From Anaerolineales bacterium (lineage in GTDB: Bacteria; Chloroflexota; Anaerolineae; Anaerolineales; E44-bin32), in contig DAOUEK010000077.1 in NCBI GenBank assembly GCA_034430425.1, positions 281 through 64,280 on the forward strand: 64,000 nucleotides of DNA. Reading direction: 5' to 3'. The translations under genes and the position numbers were made by a program. Below are positions 55,573 through 64,000 of the stretch, piece after piece (within the stretch, counting starts at the first letter, position 1; each line of letters begins with the position of its first letter). The notes under the pieces are model-generated. The model was given only the letters and a program-made list of their open reading frames with translations. It was not told the origin of the DNA and made no database searches.

Positions 55573-56548
55573 AAGGGTTCTCGTTACCGGGGCGACAGGC
55601 TTTATCGGGTCGTCCTTATGCCAAGCTTTGATTTCACACGGATATGAAGTCCGTGTGCTGCACCGTCAATCCTCTTCTTTGCGCGCCCTGCAAGATCTAC
55701 CTGTCGAACGCCACATCGGTGATATCCTGCAAGCGAATACCCTCGTTCAACCACTCCAGGACGTCGATCTTGTCTTCCACGCGGCCGCACAGTCTGCCTA
55801 CTGGCGCCAACCCGAACTGGTACGCCAGGCGGCTGTGGATGGCACGAAAAACGTGCTTAAAACCGCAGTTGGATGCGGTGTCAAACGGGTGGTGCTCACC
55901 AGTTCCTTAGCCGCCCTGGGGGTTCCCCGGAAAGACGAACTGCTTACGGAAGAACACACTTTCAACCTGCCTGCGAAACGATTCCCGTATGGCTACGCCA
56001 AGCGAGAATCCGAATTGGAAGCGCTCAAGTACTCCGATCGCGGAGTGGAGATTGTAATCGTCAATCCCAGCGTGGTGATTGGTCCAGGCGACCTCAACCA
56101 GATCAGTGGCGCAATGGTCATCGAAGCTGCGCGTGGCTGGGGGTTCTTCTGGATGGAGGGCGGGGTTAACGTGGTACACATCGATGACGTCGTCGCCGGC
56201 CACCTTGCCGCGGCCCGTCTTGGTCGTTCGGGCGAACGCTACATCCTTGGCGGCGAGAATCTGTCGCACTATCAAGTCTTCCGTACCCTGACGGAAATCG
56301 CCGGGCGACGTGCACCGTGGTTGAAAATCCCCACTCGAGCGATCGAACCCACCGCCTGGCTTTGCGACGTTCTTGGAAAATGGCTTCCACTGCCATTTAA
56401 CGGCGCACAACTGCGCATGACACGTGAATATCTCTACTGTGACACATCGAAGTCGATAAACGAATTGAACTTATCGAATCCAAAGCCTTTCCGCCAGGCT
56501 GCGCAAGAAGCCTACGATTGGTACCGCCAACACGGATACCTCAAATAG
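55565..56548 (+). CDS. NAD(P)-dependent epimerase/dehydratase-family SDR
   Basis: VLVTGATGFIGS Rossmann motif and catalytic YGYAK. The TTG start overlaps the upstream stop. Confidence 0.85.
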   Translation: MTERVLVTGATGFIGSSLCQALISHGYEVRVLHRQSSSLRALQDLPVERHIGDILQANTLVQPLQDVDLVFHAAAQSAYWRQPELVRQAAVDGTKNVLKTAVGCGVKRVVLTSSLAALGVPRKDELLTEEHTFNLPAKRFPYGYAKRESELEALKYSDRGVEIVIVNPSVVIGPGDLNQISGAMVIEAARGWGFFWMEGGVNVVHIDDVVAGHLAAARLGRSGERYILGGENLSHYQVFRTLTEIAGRRAPWLKIPTRAIEPTAWLCDVLGKWLPLPFNGAQLRMTREYLYCDTSKSINELNLSNPKPFRQAAQEAYDWYRQHGYLK

Positions 56549-56569
56549 AACCAACATCCATCCAGGAGG

Positions 56570-57451
56570 ATGTGGATGCCGGCATTGCATGTTGAAAACT
56601 TCACCGTACGATTTTACGAGTGTGATGCCTACGGCCACTTGAATAACGCCAATTATTTACGCTTCATGCAGGAAGCTGCTTTCGGGGCGACTGCGGCCGT
56701 GGGGCTGGATTACGCCGCCTATCAGGAGATGGGGAATTTGTGGCTTATCCGCGAAAGCGAAATCGAGTACCTTCATCCCATCCATGCCAACGATCTAATC
56801 AATGTACACACCTGGGTCGTCGATGCTCGTCGCGTCATCTCGCGCAGGGTGTACCACTTCGTCAAACCCGACAGTGAGAAGATCCTTGCGAAAGGTTACA
56901 GCGATTGGGTCTTTCTCCAGCGTGACAGCCTCAAACCTGCCACCATTCCAGCCGAAGTGATCGAAGCCTACATCCCTGAAGGCGGAACGGGGGAACGTAT
57001 ATCCCGCCAGCCCTTCCCAAGCCCGCCTCCAGCACCGGCTGGTGCTTTCTCACTCAAGCGATGGATCGATTGGCGCGATTTGGATGGCATGCGTCATCTC
57101 ACCAACGCCGCCTATCTATCGTATGCCGAGGACTGTGCCATGCGGCTGGCCTCCTCGTATGGCTGGCCTTTCTCCCGCTGGCAAGAAGAAGGCATCGGCT
57201 TCGTCGCACGCAGGAACCACATTAAATACCATCAAGCGGCGCGATTCGATGACGAATTGGAGATCCAAACCTGGCTCTACAATCTGCGCGCAGCTTCGGC
57301 CAAACGCTACTACGCCTTCTCACGCGCCAAAGATGGCGCACTCCTGGCACAGCTTCAAACCGACTGGGTGTTGGTTGATATCAACACAGGGAAACCGACA
57401 CGTTTCCCCGCGCACTTTCACAAGGTGCTCGGCCCCAATATTGCCAGATAA
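56570..57451 (+). CDS. tandem hotdog-fold acyl-CoA/ACP thioesterase
   Basis: Two 4HBT/YbgC-like halves (FTVRFYECDAYGHLNNANYLRFMQEA and WRDLDGMRHLTNAAYLSYAED). The start may be the ATG at 56576. Confidence 0.75.
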   Translation: MWMPALHVENFTVRFYECDAYGHLNNANYLRFMQEAAFGATAAVGLDYAAYQEMGNLWLIRESEIEYLHPIHANDLINVHTWVVDARRVISRRVYHFVKPDSEKILAKGYSDWVFLQRDSLKPATIPAEVIEAYIPEGGTGERISRQPFPSPPPAPAGAFSLKRWIDWRDLDGMRHLTNAAYLSYAEDCAMRLASSYGWPFSRWQEEGIGFVARRNHIKYHQAARFDDELEIQTWLYNLRAASAKRYYAFSRAKDGALLAQLQTDWVLVDINTGKPTRFPAHFHKVLGPNIAR

Positions 57452-57564
57452 AACCGCAATCGACTGATACACATCTCCGGCGTGTCACAAATTCAATGCG
57501 CTCATCGTTTCAGAGGATGAAGCCATAGTCATTCATGTCTTCATTAGTGAACAGGGAGACGGAC

Positions 57565-57801
57565 ATGTCGATGCAAAACGTTCAAGCGATCATCATCCGC
57601 GCTGTGATGGATCGTGAATATCGCGAGTTATTCTTCCATAATCGCACTCGAGCTCTTGAAGACTACGACCTGGCAATCATAGAAACGATCTGGCTTCATC
57701 GACTGAACAGGAAAGAGTTCGATGCATTCGCGCCGGAAGTACGCAGCAGCCTCGCCCAGGGCGGCAGACCAACCCCGATCGCGCAGCGTATCTATATATA
57801 A
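57565..57801 (+). CDS. small helical protein resembling NHLP/Nif11-clan leader-type peptides
   Basis: 78 aa from the ATG at 57565 (GGGAG lies 6 nt upstream). VQAIIIRAVMDREYRELFFHNRTRALEDYDL...EFDAF pattern. C-terminal ...AQGG followed by RPTPIAQRIYI. Confidence 0.4.
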   Translation: MSMQNVQAIIIRAVMDREYRELFFHNRTRALEDYDLAIIETIWLHRLNRKEFDAFAPEVRSSLAQGGRPTPIAQRIYI

Positions 57802-57838
57802 AAAAAAACTCCCCGCAATTCATCATGCGGGGAGTTGG
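57801..57838 (-). terminator. bidirectional rho-independent terminator (strong for nifJ)
   Basis: CTCCCCGCA (57809-57817) pairs with TGCGGGGAG (57826-57834). A 9-nt A-run on the plus strand gives a U-tract for the minus-strand transcript. Confidence 0.85.
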
Positions 57839-57860
57839 GAATACCGGACTTCGCCTCGTT

Positions 57861-60800
57861 TTAGAGATCGAGGTTCGCCATTTGCTCGTAGAATTTCCAG
57901 CGGGCAATCACGTCTTCACGTAATAACTTCAGCAACATTTCTGCCCGATCCGGATCCGCGGCGCGCAAGGAGCGGAAACGGTTTTGCTTGTATGCGAACT
58001 CCTCGATGTCCTCTCTCGGCGGTTTGGAGTCAAGCTGCAGAGGATTCTTGCCCTGCTCGGTAAGCATCGGATTGAAGCGGAAGAGCGGCCAGAATCCACT
58101 CGCTTCTGCGTCCTTGTGCAGGTCGGTCGCAGTGGTCATATTAATGCCATGGTTGATGCAGTGACTGTAAGCAATAATCAGCGAAGGACCGTTGTACTCC
58201 TCCGCCTCCTGGAAGGCTTTGATCAACTGCGTCATATTCGCTCCATAGGCGACCTGAGCTACGTAGATGTTGCCGTAACTCATGGCGATTGATCCCATAT
58301 CCTTCTTGGGCATATCTTTTCCTGCGGCGGCGAACTTTGCAACTGCGCCACGCGGCGTCGCTTTGGAGGACTGCCCACCTGTGTTGGAATACACACCCGT
58401 GTCCAGCACAAGTACGTTCACATTTCGGCCGGATGCCAGGACATGATCCAGGCCACCGTAGCCGATGTCGTACGCCCAACCATCGCCTCCCAGAATCCAT
58501 ACGGATTTCGGGACCAGGTAATCCGCCACATTGAGCAGATTGCGTGCTTCGGGTTCCTCACGGCCTTCAAGAACCGCCTTCAACGCATCCACGCGCGTTC
58601 GCTGGGCTTCGATGGCCTCCGGCGTACTCACATCTGCCGATTTTATTTCTGCGACCAAATCGGCCCTATCCGACAAATCGACTTTATCCAGCAAACCTTG
58701 AGCGATATCCGCCAGCTTATCCACGGTCAAACGCATCCCAAAGCCAAACTCTGCGTTGTCCTCGAAGAGCGAGTTCGACCAGGTCGGCCCGCGTCCATCA
58801 TCTCGCGCCGAGTACGGCGTCGTGGGCAGGTTTCCACCGAAAATCGATGAGCAACCCGTGGCATTGGCGATGATCAGCCGATCGCCAAAGAGCTGCGTCA
58901 ACAGTTTGACATACGGCGTCTCACCGCATCCGGCACAGGCACCGGAGAACTCGAACAACGGGTGCATAAACTGCGATCCTTTGGTTGTGAAACGGTTGAA
59001 CAGCGTGGGATCCGGATCCGGAATGGAGAGGAAGTAATTCCATTTCGCCACTTCTTGTTCGCGGATGGGGGGTTGTGGTGCCATGCTGATGGCTTTTCGA
59101 TCCGTCTTCTTGCCCGATTCGTCTTTGGCGAAAGCGGGGCATACATGTACGCATGCGCCACAGCCCGTGCAGTCTTCCGGTGAGACTTGCAATGTGTACA
59201 TCATATTTTCAAACCCGCGGCCCTTGGCGGCTACGGCTTGCCAACCTTCCGGAGCATCGCCGTCTGCATACGCAGCGTCGTAAACCTTGGGTCGAATCGT
59301 GGCATGCGGACACACCAGCGCACACTGGTTGCACTGGATACAAACCTCAGTATCCCAAACCGGAATCTCCAGCGCGATGTTGCGTTTTTCATAGCGCGTG
59401 GTTCCCACGGGATATGTGCCATCGTTCGGCAGCAAGGAAACGGGGATCTTCTCACCGCGGCGAGCGATCATCTCACCCGTCACTTTCTGTACAAATTCAG
59501 GCGCATCCGCCGGTACCGGAGGACGCATATATATCTCAGAAGTAGCCTTCTTGGGCACATCTACCTGGTGGATACGCTCACGGGCGAGGCCTGCAGATTT
59601 GATGTTCATCTCTACAATGGCTTTACCCTTCCTCCCATAGGTGTCCTCAACCGCCATTTCCATCATCTTCATCGCTTTGTCCTCAGGCAGTACACCCGAG
59701 ATAGCGAAGAAGGCGGACTGCATGATCACGTTGATGCGCGCGCCCAATCCCAGCGAATCCGCCAGCGAATAAGCATCTATTAGATAAAACTTGGCTTCCT
59801 TGTCGATTAATGCCTGTTGTACTTCGCGCGGCAACTTGTCCCAGACTTCGTCCGCAGGATATTGGCTGTTGAGCAGGAAGGTGCCGCCCGGCTTTAGATT
59901 GCCGATAATATCCACCCGCTCGAGAAACTGGAATGCGTGACAGGCCAGGAACTCCGCCTGCTGGATCAGGTATGTGCTGCGAATCGGATTGGGGCTGAAG
60001 CGCAGATGGGAGATCGTCATCGATCCCGACTTTTTAGAATCGTAGACGAAGTGCCCCTGGGCGTAATTGTCGGTTGCCTTGCCGATAATCTTGATCGAGT
60101 TCTTGTTGGCACCAACCGTGCCATCGCCGCCCAGGCCGTAGAACATCGCCTGGTGTACGCCTTCCGGCAACGACGAGAAAGTATCATCCCACGGTAAATT
60201 GCTGTGGGTCAAGTTATCATCGATACCCACGGTAAAGTGATTCCGCGGCGTCTCCTCTGCCAGATTATCGAACACCGATTTTGCCATGCCGGCGTTGAAC
60301 TCGCGCGAGCCCAATCCGTAGCGGCCACCCACTACCAGCGGCATATCATCACGGCTGATGCGACCATCTGTCATGGCTTCGACAATTGTGTTTTGAACGT
60401 CCAGGTAGAGCGGCTCGCCTTCGGCTCCCGGCTCTTTGGTGCGGTCCAGAACGGCAATGTTGCGTACTGTTTTGGGTAAAGCGGCGACAAACGCCTCCCC
60501 GTCAAAGGGACGGTAGAGACGCACTTTGATCAAACCAACCTTCTCACCCTTCGCGTTGAGGTGCTCAACGACCTCGTGCATGGTTTCCGCACCGGAACCC
60601 ATCATCACGATCACGCGTTCGGCATCCGCAGCGCCGACGTATTCAAACAGGTGATATTGTCGGCCAACGACTTTGGCGAAGCGGTCCATCGCTCCCTGAA
60701 CGATCTGGGGAGTCTTTTCATAGAAAGCATTGACCGTTTCCCGTGCGGCAAAGAAAACGTCAGGATTTTGTGCCGTTCCACGGATTGTGGGATGATCCGG

Positions 60801-61442
60801 CGATAGCGCGCGCTGACGATGTCGAATGACCCATTCATCGTCGATCATCGCCCGCATGTCATCATGAGTTAACTCTTCGATTTTCTGGATTTCGTGTGAG
60901 GTGCGGAAACCATCGAAAAAGTGCAGGAACGGGATACTGGATTCCAATGCGGCAGCTTGCGAGATCAGCGCGAAATCCATCACTTCCTGCGGGCTGTTGG
61001 ATGAGAGCAGGCCCCATCCAGTTGATCGAGCAGTCATCACATCGCTGTGATCGGCGAAAATCGAAAGGGCCTGCGCCGCCACGGAGCGTGCCGCGATGTG
61101 AAAAACGGCCGGCGTGAGTTCGCCAGCGATTTTAAACATATTGGGGATCATTAACAACAGTCCTTGAGAGGCCGTGAACGTCGTCGTCAACGCGCCTGTC
61201 GTCAAGGCACCATGAACTGCACCGGCAGCTCCGCCTTCCGCTTGCATTTCGACGACATTGGGGACTGTTCCCCAGATATTGTGCTCATCATTGGCAGCTT
61301 TCGCATCGGCAATCTCACCCATTGGGGAGGATGGTGTGATGGGGTAGATCGCAATCACCTCATTCGTCGCATAGGCCACATGAGCCGCAGCGGCGTTGCC
61401 ATCATATGGAACAAACTTTCGCTCAACTTTCTTTTTGGGCAT
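57861..61442 (-). CDS. nifJ: pyruvate:ferredoxin (flavodoxin) oxidoreductase
   Basis: 1193 aa single-chain PFOR. Two 4Fe-4S motifs (CIQCNQCALVCPH, CTGCGACVHVCP) and TPP domain GGDGWAYDIGYGGLDH. Confidence 0.97.
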   Translation of the reverse strand: MPKKKVERKFVPYDGNAAAAHVAYATNEVIAIYPITPSSPMGEIADAKAANDEHNIWGTVPNVVEMQAEGGAAGAVHGALTTGALTTTFTASQGLLLMIPNMFKIAGELTPAVFHIAARSVAAQALSIFADHSDVMTARSTGWGLLSSNSPQEVMDFALISQAAALESSIPFLHFFDGFRTSHEIQKIEELTHDDMRAMIDDEWVIRHRQRALSPDHPTIRGTAQNPDVFFAARETVNAFYEKTPQIVQGAMDRFAKVVGRQYHLFEYVGAADAERVIVMMGSGAETMHEVVEHLNAKGEKVGLIKVRLYRPFDGEAFVAALPKTVRNIAVLDRTKEPGAEGEPLYLDVQNTIVEAMTDGRISRDDMPLVVGGRYGLGSREFNAGMAKSVFDNLAEETPRNHFTVGIDDNLTHSNLPWDDTFSSLPEGVHQAMFYGLGGDGTVGANKNSIKIIGKATDNYAQGHFVYDSKKSGSMTISHLRFSPNPIRSTYLIQQAEFLACHAFQFLERVDIIGNLKPGGTFLLNSQYPADEVWDKLPREVQQALIDKEAKFYLIDAYSLADSLGLGARINVIMQSAFFAISGVLPEDKAMKMMEMAVEDTYGRKGKAIVEMNIKSAGLARERIHQVDVPKKATSEIYMRPPVPADAPEFVQKVTGEMIARRGEKIPVSLLPNDGTYPVGTTRYEKRNIALEIPVWDTEVCIQCNQCALVCPHATIRPKVYDAAYADGDAPEGWQAVAAKGRGFENMMYTLQVSPEDCTGCGACVHVCPAFAKDESGKKTDRKAISMAPQPPIREQEVAKWNYFLSIPDPDPTLFNRFTTKGSQFMHPLFEFSGACAGCGETPYVKLLTQLFGDRLIIANATGCSSIFGGNLPTTPYSARDDGRGPTWSNSLFEDNAEFGFGMRLTVDKLADIAQGLLDKVDLSDRADLVAEIKSADVSTPEAIEAQRTRVDALKAVLEGREEPEARNLLNVADYLVPKSVWILGGDGWAYDIGYGGLDHVLASGRNVNVLVLDTGVYSNTGGQSSKATPRGAVAKFAAAGKDMPKKDMGSIAMSYGNIYVAQVAYGANMTQLIKAFQEAEEYNGPSLIIAYSHCINHGINMTTATDLHKDAEASGFWPLFRFNPMLTEQGKNPLQLDSKPPREDIEEFAYKQNRFRSLRAADPDRAEMLLKLLREDVIARWKFYEQMANLDL

Positions 61443-61459
61443 CTATAACTCCTTCATAT

Positions 61460-61497
61460 CGAACGGAAATACGTTCGTTTAATATCGCATTAATGCG
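61460..61497. promoter_or_regulatory. two palindromes in the nifJ / DHOD-like divergent promoter region
   Basis: CGAACG-N6-CGTTCG (61460-61477) and the perfect 12-bp palindrome CGCATTAATGCG (61486-61497). Confidence 0.35.
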
Positions 61498-61663
61498 CGT
61501 AAAAACGGCATGGATAAACCATCCTATACGGTATTCTCCTTTGGGCTTTTGTAACAGTGTAAAAGAACATTGTAAAGTGCAGGACACCTATCACTATTCC
61601 AGATGTGATGTTTATTTGTTATGCTTTAATAGAGAAATTAGAGAAAATTTGAGAGGAGATGAA

Positions 61664-62650
61664 ATGGCTGATATTAAAACGACGTACATGGGAATCAAAC
61701 TCGAGACTCCGCTTCTCGTAGCTGCAAGCTCGATCTCCAGCTACATCGATCGCATCAAAGACGCCGAGAAAGCTGGTGCCGGTGCGCTGGTGATCCGCTC
61801 GCTCTTCGAAGAACAAATCCTTTTCGAAGCGTTACGCATGGAAGAGGAATTATCCGTTGGCTCAGAATCCTTTCCGGAAGCGCTTTCTTATTTCCCCGAG
61901 ATTAAACACGGTGACGCCAGCGAACATTTAATGTGGATCGAAAAAACACGCGCAGAGATAAAAATGCCCTTGATCGCAAGCCTGAATGCGGTCAACCCGG
62001 GTTCCTGGACCAAATATGCCAAGCAGCTCGAGGAAACCGGTGTCGACGCGCTCGAGTTGAATGTCTACGCCGTCGTGACCAACATCGACAAGACCTCCAC
62101 CGAAGTTGAGCAGTCGTTGTACGAGACTGTAGAATCTGTGTTGAGCGAGGTCAAGATCCCCGTTTCGGTCAAACTCAGTCCTTTTTACACCGCCACAGCC
62201 AACGTGGCCGCCCAGCTCGACAAACGCGGCGTTCGCGGGCTCGTGCTCTTCAACCGCTTCCTGCAGCCGGACATCGACACGCAAAACGAAACCTTGATCA
62301 ACGAAATGATTTTCAGTTCATCGGCGGAGTTAAGATTGCCCTTGCGATGGGTGGCGCTTCTATACAAACGAATCAAGGCGGATTTGGCACTCAATACAGG
62401 CGTACACTACGGTGTGGATGCAGCCAAGGCGTTTCTGGCGGGCGCAAGCGTCGTGCAAACGGCATCCGCACTGCTGCAAAATGGCACACCCTACCTGTCG
62501 ACCATGCTGCGAGAGTTGGAAGGTTGGATGGACGAGTATGGTTACAAGAATCTAGATGATTTCCGCGGCAAGCTGAGTCAGAGTGAAGTCGACGATCCCT
62601 TTGCTTTTGAACGGGCACAATATGTGAAGTTGCTGCTTGGGCAGAAATAA
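61664..62650 (+). CDS. dihydroorotate dehydrogenase-like (class 1 DHOD fold) protein
   Basis: MADIKTTYMGIKLETPLLVAASS start after GAGAGGAG. TIM-barrel flavoprotein pattern (LELNVY..., KLSPF..., LFNRF). The upstream extension of ORF 61406 overlaps nifJ and is rejected. Confidence 0.75.
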   Translation: MADIKTTYMGIKLETPLLVAASSISSYIDRIKDAEKAGAGALVIRSLFEEQILFEALRMEEELSVGSESFPEALSYFPEIKHGDASEHLMWIEKTRAEIKMPLIASLNAVNPGSWTKYAKQLEETGVDALELNVYAVVTNIDKTSTEVEQSLYETVESVLSEVKIPVSVKLSPFYTATANVAAQLDKRGVRGLVLFNRFLQPDIDTQNETLINEMIFSSSAELRLPLRWVALLYKRIKADLALNTGVHYGVDAAKAFLAGASVVQTASALLQNGTPYLSTMLRELEGWMDEYGYKNLDDFRGKLSQSEVDDPFAFERAQYVKLLLGQK

Positions 62651-62702
62651 ACCGGCTGGTAAAAGCGATCACTTCTAAAGTTACAATTCAAGTCCAACGA
62701 AC

Positions 62703-62735
62703 ATGAAGACGCCCACCCAGGGCGTCTTCATGTTT
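62703..62735 (+). terminator. rho-independent terminator
   Basis: ATGAAGACGCCC (62703-62714), loop ACCCA, GGGCGTCTTCAT (62720-62731), then GTTT. Confidence 0.75.
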
Positions 62736-62911
62736 CCCGGAATCGTACCAACACATTCATTTCCTTTTGTCTTCAGATATCGATAACCCGAAGTGATGTA
62801 TGCAAAGACGAAACGGTGCTCGAGCTTCAAACCCGGGCTCAAGCACCGTCAAACCTTCAATAATGCAGTCGGTTGTAAATTTGAACCTCTATTACACCCG
62901 TTATTCCAAAG

Positions 62912-63655
62912 CTAATCCCAACGGAAGATCCGTACGGCTGCTACAGTACTTACTACAAACACACCCAACAAGACAAGCACTTCCACGATATGCTGACCCC
63001 ATCCATCACCAAACCATAAACCACGCAGCAAGTCCACTACGTAGGTGAGTGGAAGAAAGTCGGCTACACCCTGGATGGATTCGGGCAGGATTTCATGTGG
63101 AATGGCCGCACCGGAGAGGAACATCATTGGGTAGAAAATTACCATCCCGATCACCTGCGCAGCCCGCGCACCTGGCGCCAGGGTTCCGATCAAGTATCCG
63201 AATGCAAACATCGCCAACCCGCACCAGACGACACCCAGCACGAAACTGAGCACATTGCCCTCGAAGCGCACATCGTGCAAAAGCCAACCGGTGGATACGA
63301 GAAGCACGATACCGAGTAACAGCATCAGCATGTTGGCGATCACGTCAGCGGTAATAAAAACGCGCGGACGCAACGCTGATGCTTGATAGCGGCGCAGCAC
63401 ACCCAGCTCACGATAGTTGCCGATAGTGATCGGAATGTTCATGAACCCAACCGTACTGAGAATAATCGCCGTGTAGCCGGACATACTCACGTCCATCGAT
63501 CCATACCCGCCAAACATCGGCGAGGGATCGTTGCCGTAGATCGCCCCGAACAGCAATATCAACAGCGGTGGAAAAGCCAGCGTAAAGAAAGTGCCTATGG
63601 GCTCACGAATGTACAATTTTAGATTGATCCAAGTGAGTTCTTTTAAACCTCGCAT
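62912..63655 (-). CDS. ABC-2 type transporter permease
   Basis: 247 aa, six TM segments, ABC-2 membrane pattern. Start lies 1 nt after the ATPase gene stop. Confidence 0.8.
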   Translation of the reverse strand: MRGLKELTWINLKLYIREPIGTFFTLAFPPLLILLFGAIYGNDPSPMFGGYGSMDVSMSGYTAIILSTVGFMNIPITIGNYRELGVLRRYQASALRPRVFITADVIANMLMLLLGIVLLVSTGWLLHDVRFEGNVLSFVLGVVWCGLAMFAFGYLIGTLAPGARAAQVIGMVIFYPMMFLSGAAIPHEILPESIQGVADFLPLTYVVDLLRGLWFGDGWGQHIVEVLVLLGVFVVSTVAAVRIFRWD

Positions 63656-63656
63656 C

Positions 63657-64000
63657 TTAGCCCTCCCGAATTTCCTTGCCCGTCAACGAGAGAAAAACAT
63701 CCTCCAGCGTGGGATCCTGCGTACGCAGATCCCGAAAATCAGCGCCAGATGTCTCCAAACCATGGACGACCGTACTTGCAAAACGTTCACCACTTCCATA
63801 AACCATCACACGCTCTCCAATTTGTTCCACACGATCGACATCGTTTAATTCCAGCAGCGATTGAGAATCCCAGTGATTCTCCACGATGAAGACCAGGCGA
63901 CGTTCCACACCCAGCGAACGGATCAACGCTTCGGGTGTATCCAGGGCGACGATTTTGCCTTCGTCCATGATAAGCACTCTATCGCAGAGACGCTCCGCCT
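63657..64000 (-). CDS. ABC transporter ATP-binding protein (C-terminal part, truncated by the window edge)
   Basis: The frame stays open to the window end and reads ...AERLCDRVLIMDEGKIVALDTPEALI. This is the region after the H-loop of an ABC ATPase plus a C-terminal domain. Confidence 0.8.
   Translation of the reverse strand, partial: AERLCDRVLIMDEGKIVALDTPEALIRSLGVERRLVFIVENHWDSQSLLELNDVDRVEQIGERVMVYGSGERFASTVVHGLETSGADFRDLRTQDPTLEDVFLSLTGKEIREG

Noticed and set aside
61406-61663. 86-codon N-terminal extension of the DHOD-like ORF.
   Set aside because: It overlaps the nifJ start and crosses the AT-rich promoter region. A strong SD (GAGAGGAG) precedes the ATG at 61664, where the family N-terminus begins.
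1-64000. Search for CRISPR arrays, rRNA or tRNA genes, transposases, integrases, toxin-antitoxin pairs or recognisable defence genes.
   Set aside because: No evenly spaced direct repeats, no rRNA- or tRNA-like sequences, and no ORF with recombinase, nuclease or defence-type motifs were found by eye. The only repeat cluster is the palindrome array at 26.9-27.1 kb.

Overview
The window is 64 kb of bacterial chromosome. Gene content (RNase J, T-box-controlled serS, PFOR, VanW, Gmad2, a multi-GAF kinase) suggests a Chloroflexota/Anaerolineae-like organism, but that is inference only. I support about 58 protein-coding genes. I found no rRNA, tRNA, CRISPR array, transposase or integrase.

Layout:
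- 0-11 kb: housekeeping genes (ftsK, def, recF, rsmG) and a multi-GAF histidine kinase.
- 11.5-17 kb: a same-strand cluster in which four different proteins carry the same ~25-aa SHOCT-like helix module. It is reminiscent of yvlABCD/LiaX envelope-stress modules.
- 17-26.8 kb: housekeeping genes (aminotransferase, RNA methyltransferase, surE, csp, rnj, PPIase).
- 26.8-27.1 kb: an array of related palindromes in a convergent intergenic gap.
- 27.1-45.7 kb: an 18.6-kb glycan biosynthesis locus, all on the minus strand.
- 46-64 kb: M32 carboxypeptidase, VanW, serS with a Ser T-box leader, a serine-palmitoyltransferase-like/SDR/thioesterase trio, a small NHLP-like peptide gene, nifJ (PFOR), a DHOD-like gene and the start of an ABC-2 exporter.

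The best candidate for an undescribed system is the four-gene unit at 27129-31452. It encodes a TPP-dependent 2-oxoacid dehydrogenase E1 alpha/beta pair, then an E2-like protein, then a DegT aminotransferase. The E2-like protein keeps the lipoyl domain and the peripheral-subunit-binding domain. Its acyltransferase core is replaced by a PglD/NeuD-type amino-sugar N-acyltransferase. This suggests N-acylation of an amino sugar driven by a 2-oxoacid and delivered by a lipoyl arm.

All calls rest on reading the supplied translations and sequence. No database search was run.
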